A DNA stretch of 51,069 nucleotides. Origin: a virus (taxonomy: Duplodnaviria > Heunggongvirae > Uroviricota > Caudoviricetes). The translations under genes and the position numbers were made by a program. The notes under the pieces were generated by a model. It saw nothing but the letters and a program-made list of their open reading frames with translations. It was not told the origin of the DNA and searched no databases. Where the stretch lies: IMG/VR virus record IMGVR_UViG_3300042987_001724. One strand, given 5' to 3'. Shown piece after piece: positions 45,333-51,069 of this stretch; positions within the stretch are counted from its first letter, which is position 1, and each line of letters begins with the position of its first letter.

Positions 45333-45755
45333 TCAGGCGAATTCAACGCCGTAGGTTGCCATCATCTTTCCCTTGACCATCGCGACGCGATCAAGGATGA
45401 ATTCCAGTTCAACGGTGTCGTCACCGAGGTGCGCGGTGTGCTTGAATGTGGTGACAATCAGCGGATCGCCAGTAACGTCAACAGTCGCGACCGGGGCCGA
45501 TGAGAATTCGTACTCACCGCCGACACAAGAAATCGTCAGTTGATCCACCATCCAATCGCCGATTTCGCGGCAAATCGATGGCAGTTCGTTTTCGAGTGAT
45601 TCCGCTTTTGCCGTCAGTTCTTCAACGCGACGACGCAGGACAGCGACTTCTCCGCATAACTGCTTCACGTCGGCGTCATGGGAGATCCGGTCAGTTTCTC
45701 GGGAAGTTCGTTCTTCGTTCAGCAGGGTTTCGGCAAAGCTGGCGGTCGCGATCAT
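45333..45755 (-). CDS. Hypothetical protein
   Basis: GGAG RBS before MIATASF. Confidence 0.6.
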   Translation of the reverse strand: MIATASFAETLLNEERTSRETDRISHDADVKQLCGEVAVLRRRVEELTAKAESLENELPSICREIGDWMVDQLTISCVGGEYEFSSAPVATVDVTGDPLIVTTFKHTAHLGDDTVELEFILDRVAMVKGKMMATYGVEFA

Positions 45756-45844
45756 TGCGGTGTCTCCGTTCGTGGTTTCGTTGCGTGACGACATCAGTAT
45801 CGTCTCTGCCGCGACAATTGCAATGAAAAATCCATAGAAAATAC

Positions 45845-45863
45845 GAAGAATTTCAGAAACTTC
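45845..45863. promoter_or_regulatory. 19-bp operator (degenerate) GAAGAATTTCAGAAACTTC
   Basis: One perfect half-site, intergenic. Confidence 0.5.
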
Positions 45864-45870
45864 TCGTTTG

Positions 45871-46209
45871 TCACGAAAACTGACGGCGGCGGATTCGTCG
45901 CAACTTCTGCTGTGATTTCGGCTTCCCGAGATCCGAGACGGGAATCGGCTGTCCATTGGAGTCTTTGTAGAGAGACACGTAAGACCGGCCTCGCAGTGAC
46001 GGTGTTTCCGCGATTGAATATTGGACAGTTGGTCTGTCGATCTGGCCCGGCAGCGGGCGGATGCGGAAATCGGCAGCGTTGAGCCGCATGATCGATTGCA
46101 TGTTGCGAATGCTGTCGAGTGCCTCTTGTTCGGTTCGATACCGTGACAATTTCTGCCACTTCTGGTCATGATGGAACCGGATCTGTGCTTCGTAGTACGG
46201 TCGCTTCAT
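45871..46209 (-). CDS. Hypothetical protein
   Basis: ATGA coupling. Confidence 0.6.
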   Translation of the reverse strand: MKRPYYEAQIRFHHDQKWQKLSRYRTEQEALDSIRNMQSIMRLNAADFRIRPLPGQIDRPTVQYSIAETPSLRGRSYVSLYKDSNGQPIPVSDLGKPKSQQKLRRIRRRQFS

Positions 46210-46421
46210 CTTGCTTCCTTCAGGCTTGGAATAGTGATCGCTGCCATCGCAGCCGTTTTGATTTCAACTCTTCGCAACTCGCCCGGCTTTAGATCTGGGA
46301 ACCATGCGGCAGGGACGACAACGCAAAGGGAGTCGCCTTCCCATACGTCACCATTCGCTTCCGGCTTCCCGTCCCAGATTACAGGGCACGATCCGGGAAT
46401 GTTGTCGCGGGTCACAAACAT
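46206..46421 (-). CDS. Small hypothetical protein
   Basis: Coupled to the csrA stop. Confidence 0.6.
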   Translation of the reverse strand: MFVTRDNIPGSCPVIWDGKPEANGDVWEGDSLCVVVPAAWFPDLKPGELRRVEIKTAAMAAITIPSLKEAR

Positions 46422-46645
46422 CAGTCAGCCCCTTCGCCATTGTTGGCGCGGAACGTCGTGTTCGCTGGCTTCTTGTCGACGCCATGCCTTTTGATGTCTT
46501 CGCGGACCTCCTCACGATCGACGCGGATATCTCTGGGAGCCTCGATCCCCAGACGAACCTTGTCGCCGCGAATCTCGACGACCGTAATAACGATGTCGTC
46601 GCCGATCATGATTTTTTCATCACGCTTTCGAGTCAAAACGAGCAT
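46421..46645 (-). CDS. csrA: Carbon storage regulator CsrA (phage-encoded)
   Basis: MLVLTRKRDEKIMIGDDIVITVVEIRGDKVRLGIEAPRDIRVDREE. Confidence 0.95.
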   Translation of the reverse strand: MLVLTRKRDEKIMIGDDIVITVVEIRGDKVRLGIEAPRDIRVDREEVREDIKRHGVDKKPANTTFRANNGEGAD

Positions 46646-46664
46646 TTCTGATCCTTCAGTACAA

Positions 46665-46683
46665 AAAGTTTCCAGAAAACTTC
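46665..46683. promoter_or_regulatory. 19-bp operator AAAGTTTCCAGAAAACTTC at the head of the leftward early operon
   Basis: 8-3-8 motif 20 nt upstream of the csrA ATG. Confidence 0.7.
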
Positions 46684-46869
46684 CAGTAAAGGCGGTAGAT
46701 CCGTTAAACTGGAACGGGAAAAGCAGGGAGAATTGAAAATTCTGCCGAAACCGGCGGAATACCGTGGAACCTGCGGCACAATCCCCCGTTACTGACAGTA
46801 GGTTGCGGAACTTTCTTGGAAATGTGTAAAATCGCAACGTCCGAAGACACCACTAACAGAACGGAGATC

Positions 46870-47259
46870 ATGATGGCACACGAGAACTGGAAGGTCGAAG
46901 AGTTCGAGATTTTGGCGGACACTTTGGCGGAGGCTGCTCGAATCATTCGCGAGGCTTCAGGCAAGGCCCGGCGATGGGGGATCACAGAGATCGTTTCGCA
47001 GGGGCGACTTGTGTTTGAGTCACGAGCAAGGATTCTTAAATTCGCGAAGGACATGGAAACAAACCTCGACGATCAGTATGCAAGCCAGATGACAAACACC
47101 CCACCGAGATGGGAAGTGAACCGAGCGAAGCACGAAGAGGCCGTCGCTCGCGAAGTCGCCAAGGCCGCTAGGGAGTCTCGCAAGTCTCACGCCGCCGTTC
47201 CGGGTGAGAAGAAAGGGCGTTTGGCTGGCCGCGCTCCGGGGAAACGGAAGAAAGACTAG
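46870..47259 (+). CDS. Helical hypothetical protein with basic tail (paralog of 47778-48089)
   Basis: GGAG RBS; local similarity to the downstream ORF. Confidence 0.7.
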   Translation: MMAHENWKVEEFEILADTLAEAARIIREASGKARRWGITEIVSQGRLVFESRARILKFAKDMETNLDDQYASQMTNTPPRWEVNRAKHEEAVAREVAKAARESRKSHAAVPGEKKGRLAGRAPGKRKKD

Positions 47260-47392
47260 CTCGCTCTCCTTCGTTTGGCAGGACCGCAGTAAAGATTAGA
47301 CCGCCGGGAATTTTGCTTGCGGCTTCCTCTGCGGCACGGATATCGAATCCTCGATATTCACACTTGCTGGACGGGAACACAAAGTACATCGC

Positions 47393-47653
47393 TTACTCCG
47401 TTGCTTGGTCAGATTCAGAGATTGGCGGAAGGCCCAATACCCACCGCTCCAGATTGCGGCCAGCGAACAGCCAGACGCCACGCTTGTTTGATCCGTACCT
47501 GTCCAAGCCGTCTTTCAACATGCGATAGAATGTGGACTCGGACTTTTCGAGGTGTGTCCACAAATCTCTTCCGGTGTAGACGGCGTTGATGTCGATCGGG
47601 GCTGACAAGACGAATCTCCGTATTGGTGTGGTGATTCTACTCGCGAATCGCAT
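47393..47653 (-). CDS. Excisionase/AlpA-like HTH protein
   Basis: VYTGRDLWTHLEKSESTFYRMLKDG HTH close to the integrase. Confidence 0.65.
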   Translation of the reverse strand: MRFASRITTPIRRFVLSAPIDINAVYTGRDLWTHLEKSESTFYRMLKDGLDRYGSNKRGVWLFAGRNLERWVLGLPPISESDQATE

Positions 47654-47777
47654 CAGGTCAATTCAGAGACGCAACAAAATTGCATGACTGAATTTTATTT
47701 ATTCCAACAATTGACACAAAAGACTCAACCTGATTCAGTTACGGAGTCTCGGGCCAAGAAAGATTTTGAGGAAAATC

Positions 47778-48089
47778 ATGGCGGGATCATCTGCCCAGCC
47801 AGTTGCGATGGAAGATCTCTTAAGCGCGAAACTGAATCTTGAGATTGCCGTGAGGCGACTCGACTCAGCAATCAGCGTGATGGCCGAGCACGGTATAAAG
47901 ACGATCCTGATGCGATCCCGGACATCGCTGACTCGCGGAGTCTCCGGAGTCTACGCGATGGCAACGGAAGCACACAACAGGGCAGAGGACGCCATCGTGT
48001 CGTCGCAGATGGGGCTTCAGACTCGCGCCGCCAACGCTAAGGAGCGATACGCCACATACGGAACCGGAAAGAAAAAGAAGACAACATGA
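47778..48089 (+). CDS. Helical hypothetical protein with basic tail
   Basis: ATGA-coupled to the integrase. Confidence 0.7.
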   Translation: MAGSSAQPVAMEDLLSAKLNLEIAVRRLDSAISVMAEHGIKTILMRSRTSLTRGVSGVYAMATEAHNRAEDAIVSSQMGLQTRAANAKERYATYGTGKKKKTT

Positions 48090-49285
48090 CAGTCGAAGTC
48101 TATGTCATGGATTACGGCAGGAAGTACCTGCAATTGCAATGGACGGACCCGCACACCGGAAGGCGAGTCACGCAGTCCAGCAAATGCACATCGAAACAGA
48201 TGAAGCAGGCCATCCTCAAGGCTGAAGAAAAAAAGAAACAGTTAAACGCGGTGGACAGCCCGCAGGATGGGTCCATCGGATGGAAGGACTTCCGAGATCG
48301 GTTCGCCTGTCAGATGCTGTCCGGTGCAGCGACAAGAACCGCACAGACGTACATCAGCATCCTGAACATGATGGAGAAGTTCCGTCGGCCTACGGAACTG
48401 CGTCAGGTCAACTCGCGATTCCTGTCTGAGTACGCTGGATGGCTACGGGGACTCCCGCGATCAGAGACGACGATTCAGGCCCACATGCGACACATCAAGG
48501 CTGTCATGAGATGGGCGAGGGCAAATAGATTCATTCCGGAGATCCCGTCGATCCCGGTTGTCGCCAGAGCATCAAAGCGAAAGCTGATGAAGGGCAGGCC
48601 GCTCACTGATACCGAGTTCCAGTTGTTCCTGTCCAAGATCCCAGAAGTTGTCGGGATAACTCACGCTGCAAACTGGACGTGGATGGCGCGAGGATTGTGG
48701 CTGTCCGGGTTGCGGCTTGACGAATCGACGATGCTTTCATGGGATTCGACAGATGGGTTCCATGTAATCGTTGATGGCGATCGAGCAAAGCTCCGAATAC
48801 CAGACTGGGTGGAAAAAGGCCACGAAGACCGGATCTACCCGCTGACCCCAGATTTCGTCCAGTTTCTTTTGGCGGTCCCGGAGGATCAGCGGCGAGGATT
48901 GGTGTTTAGGCCAACATATACAAACCATCGAAACGGCAGAATCGAAACATACCGAAACTCCAGAGAGGTCGGCAGGACGTTTTCAGCGGTCGGGAAGCTG
49001 GCTGGAATCGTCGTCGACATCAAACGACTTCCCGGCAAGCCCCCGGTGGAGAAACATGCCAGCGCACATGATCTGCGCCGCTCATTCGGTACACGATGGT
49101 CCCGGATCATTGAGCAGCCCGCCGTCCTGATGGAATTGATGCGGCATTCAGCGATCGAAACGACGATGATGTATTACGTGGGGAATGATGCCGATCAATT
49201 GCAGGACTCGATTTACAGGTCGTGGGAGCGGTTACACAACACTCCACACAACACCAGCGACGAGAAGAAGCCGAAACCTCGATAA
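48086..49285 (+). CDS. int: Tyrosine recombinase (phage integrase)
   Basis: LSGLRLDE (R), HDLRRSFGT (HxxR), LMRHSAIETTMMYY (H,Y). Confidence 0.95.
   Translation: MTVEVYVMDYGRKYLQLQWTDPHTGRRVTQSSKCTSKQMKQAILKAEEKKKQLNAVDSPQDGSIGWKDFRDRFACQMLSGAATRTAQTYISILNMMEKFRRPTELRQVNSRFLSEYAGWLRGLPRSETTIQAHMRHIKAVMRWARANRFIPEIPSIPVVARASKRKLMKGRPLTDTEFQLFLSKIPEVVGITHAANWTWMARGLWLSGLRLDESTMLSWDSTDGFHVIVDGDRAKLRIPDWVEKGHEDRIYPLTPDFVQFLLAVPEDQRRGLVFRPTYTNHRNGRIETYRNSREVGRTFSAVGKLAGIVVDIKRLPGKPPVEKHASAHDLRRSFGTRWSRIIEQPAVLMELMRHSAIETTMMYYVGNDADQLQDSIYRSWERLHNTPHNTSDEKKPKPR
49232..49254 (+). repeat. Integrase arm-type sites, left arm (ACACAACAC x2, 12-bp period)
   Basis: ttACACAACACtccACACAACAC. Confidence 0.7.
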
Positions 49286-49304
49286 AACAAGCTGAAATCC
49301 CTCA

Positions 49305-49345
49305 GGCCGAGTGGCGAAACAGGCAGACGCATCGGACTTAAAATC
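49305..49345 (+). other. attP core: 5' half of tRNA-Leu(TAA), truncated just after the anticodon loop
   Basis: GGCCGAG TG GCGAAACAGGCAGACGC A TCGGA CTTAAAA TC, then non-tRNA sequence. Confidence 0.8.
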
Positions 49346-49448
49346 AAAAAAGTGCCGTCATACGCTACCCACCAGCGTCACGCGGCCTCACTTTTCGCTT
49401 ATGCTTCGCGGTTTCCGTGTTTTGTTGAATGAACTCCGATAGCTCACA

Positions 49449-49472
49449 ACACAACACTTTACACAACACTCC
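49449..49472 (+). repeat. Integrase arm-type sites, right arm (ACACAACAC x2)
   Basis: TTACACAACACTCC is identical at 49232 and 49459. Confidence 0.7.
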
Positions 49473-49725
49473 GCGACCCGCAGACGACAGCATACCCCGT
49501 GCTGCCGAAAGTGACGTGGAACGGAACACAACAACACCGCGATCAATCACCAAGAAGATATTGTCTGTTTCCGCTTGCATTTTTTCCTCTATCATCATTG
49601 CGCATTGATGGAGAACGGCTGAAGTTTACCAGATCCACCCGCCGATGTGCGTTACCGTCGTGACGGTCGGTTGCATGAAAAGTTGCCAACTGGTTATTTT
49701 TATTACAGAGGCGTAGGGGGGGGCG

Positions 49726-50235
49726 GTGCGACAGCTAATAGTTGCTGCGGCAAATCAGCACGGGCAATTCGTGGCGATTAACTCGCCGAGCAAGGCTGCA
49801 CGGGAGGTCGGGATGTCCGATGCGGACATCATCGGCAGGAGAATCTGGGACTTCTGTCCACCGCCCGATTCTCGCAAAGTGCGAGAAGCATTCGCGGAGT
49901 GCCTGATCGACGGCAGGACTCCGCGATACACCATCACCAGTGAAATCAAGGGCCGGGTTGAGCACTGGGATAATGTCCTGATCCCCGTGCGAGACGCAGC
50001 GGTGATTGCGGTCGCGAGAGAGGTGTTTCCCGGAAAGACCGTGGATGTCACACCAGACGAAACCTCCACACTCAGGCTCATGCTGAACGACAATTCCGTT
50101 GAGCAGATCGCAGAGGCAATGCGGGTGCAACCGGGAGCAATGGGTCAGAGGCTGAAGCGGCTGCGGGAGAAATGCGGGGTCCACACAAATCACGGACTTG
50201 TCGCATGGTGTATCCGTTACGGAGTGCTGAAATAG
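49726..50235 (+). CDS. PAS-domain + LuxR-type HTH regulator
   Basis: IIGRRIWDFCPP PAS-like segment; SVEQIAEAM..LKRLREKCGVHTNHGLV LuxR-like HTH. Confidence 0.75.
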   Translation: MRQLIVAAANQHGQFVAINSPSKAAREVGMSDADIIGRRIWDFCPPPDSRKVREAFAECLIDGRTPRYTITSEIKGRVEHWDNVLIPVRDAAVIAVAREVFPGKTVDVTPDETSTLRLMLNDNSVEQIAEAMRVQPGAMGQRLKRLREKCGVHTNHGLVAWCIRYGVLK

Positions 50236-50420
50236 CATTGGCCGAATTCTTTCGGCTGTGGAGCGATCGACGGCAGGCCAATTCCGACGGCCCGGCGTTC
50301 CACCGTACATTCGCGATCCGTGCGGAGCGTGTTTTACCGCTTGGGTTGGCGAACGTCAATGTTCACTGAAAACGAAAGTTTGTTATCCATTATTCTAAAC
50401 TTTGACGGTTGCGGCATTGC

Positions 50421-50621
50421 TCAGCCTCCATGCCCGTGTTGACGCCGCCACTCTCTGCGAGCCATCATCATCAGTGAGTGGAATTCCTTTTTCATCCACG
50501 CTACCAACGTCTCGTTAGATGGTTCGGCGGTGAAATAGCCTTGCTGCTCTGGGCACACTTCGCCCATGTTGTGCTCACTTCCCGGCTTGCCGCAACTCCC
50601 GCAGATCGGGTCCGAATTCAT
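50421..50621 (-). CDS. Small Cys-containing phage hypothetical protein
   Basis: CGSCGK..H..C; coupled overlap. Confidence 0.6.
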   Translation of the reverse strand: MNSDPICGSCGKPGSEHNMGEVCPEQQGYFTAEPSNETLVAWMKKEFHSLMMMARREWRRQHGHGG

Positions 50622-50863
50622 TACATCACCTCAAATGAAACTGGTTCAACTTTCGGCATCCACCGTTTCGACATCGCAAGCCCCATGTCTTCGAGACCCT
50701 GCAAATACGCACCGATGACAAGCTCCTCCATCGTCAATGATGGAATTCCACTGGCTGTTTTCATGCACTGTCCCGCCCGCCGCGTCGCTATCGCATAGAC
50801 CGATGACGGCACTGGTTCGCACTGAGTGACTGCCTGTCGCTTCTTGGACATCACCCCTCCCAT
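50621..50863 (-). CDS. Small hypothetical protein
   Basis: Coupled to the previous ORF. Confidence 0.55.
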   Translation of the reverse strand: MGGVMSKKRQAVTQCEPVPSSVYAIATRRAGQCMKTASGIPSLTMEELVIGAYLQGLEDMGLAMSKRWMPKVEPVSFEVM

Positions 50864-51054
50864 CCGTCAAGAGTCATGTTCAACATTCCTTTGAGTTTTG
50901 TTACATACAGGTTTGCTATGTCGCGGGCGTTACATTTGGCCGAAATCCCAAGCTGCTGTGATACCGCAATCGCGAGTTGCGTTTGATCCAAGTCAAACTG
51001 CTCCGCTACGATTGGAACCCCAGCCTCAATCACTTGTGCCATCAATTGTCGCAT
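50851..51054 (-). CDS. Small hypothetical protein (may extend beyond the window)
   Basis: Co-oriented ORF at the window edge. Confidence 0.45.
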   Translation of the reverse strand: MRQLMAQVIEAGVPIVAEQFDLDQTQLAIAVSQQLGISAKCNARDIANLYVTKLKGMLNMTLDGWEG

Positions 51055-51069
51055 GGTGATTCGACTGCC

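Larger units (their letters stand above)
1..51069. mobile_element. Temperate tailed bacteriophage genome segment, apparently non-integrated form
   Basis: Continuous phage gene content (tail, portal, TAC, RusA, ERF, initiator, DnaB, integrase); attP-like site with phage-like small ORFs on both sides; no host housekeeping operons. Confidence 0.93.

Noticed and set aside
47654-47777. Defined sigma70 promoters in the divergent xis/int region
   Set aside because: TTGACA at 47711 lacks a convincing -10 at 16-18 nt, so no precise promoter was called
49305-49345. Functional tRNA-Leu gene
   Set aside because: The 3' anticodon stem, variable arm, T-arm and acceptor 3' strand are absent
1-51069. Reverse transcriptase, retron, DGR or intron
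   Set aside because: No YxDD-type RT motifs, template/variable repeat pairs or split conserved genes were seen

Overview
The whole window reads as a temperate tailed-phage genome. The host is possibly a planctomycete, inferred weakly from the DnaN/DnaB/CsrA sequence style. The phage appears to be in its non-integrated state, because an intact attP (5' half of tRNA-Leu(TAA) flanked on both sides by arm-type repeats) follows the tyrosine integrase. From left to right: tail/virion genes, an inverted ParB + tRNA-like insert, a tape-measure-like gene, a tail chaperone with a -1 frameshift, and a portal-like gene. Next come a VIPR-like cassette, morons, a glycosyltransferase beside a Ser/Thr-rich tail protein, and an HNH gene. 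The right half holds early/replication operons (DnaN, SNF2-like helicase, three DNA methyltransferases, RusA, DnaB, an initiator with iterons, nuclease, SMC-like and AAA ATPases, ERF, CsrA) and the lysogeny module. The main finding is at 13.7-15.1 kb (minus strand): a stand-alone Cas7/RAMP-like gene and an accessory gene interleaved with four perfectly phased 5-nt repeat arrays (constant G-N-Y triplet, mostly GTC, plus a variable dinucleotide; each array ends in GTCAA). This looks like an RNA-guided VIPR-type system with a non-canonical repeat code. Also notable are a 19-bp palindromic operator found 14 times, a nested alternative-frame beta subunit inside the C5 methyltransferase, and a circularly permuted virion protein. 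No terminase or major capsid gene was recognised in the window. All family assignments come from motif recognition by eye; no searches were run.
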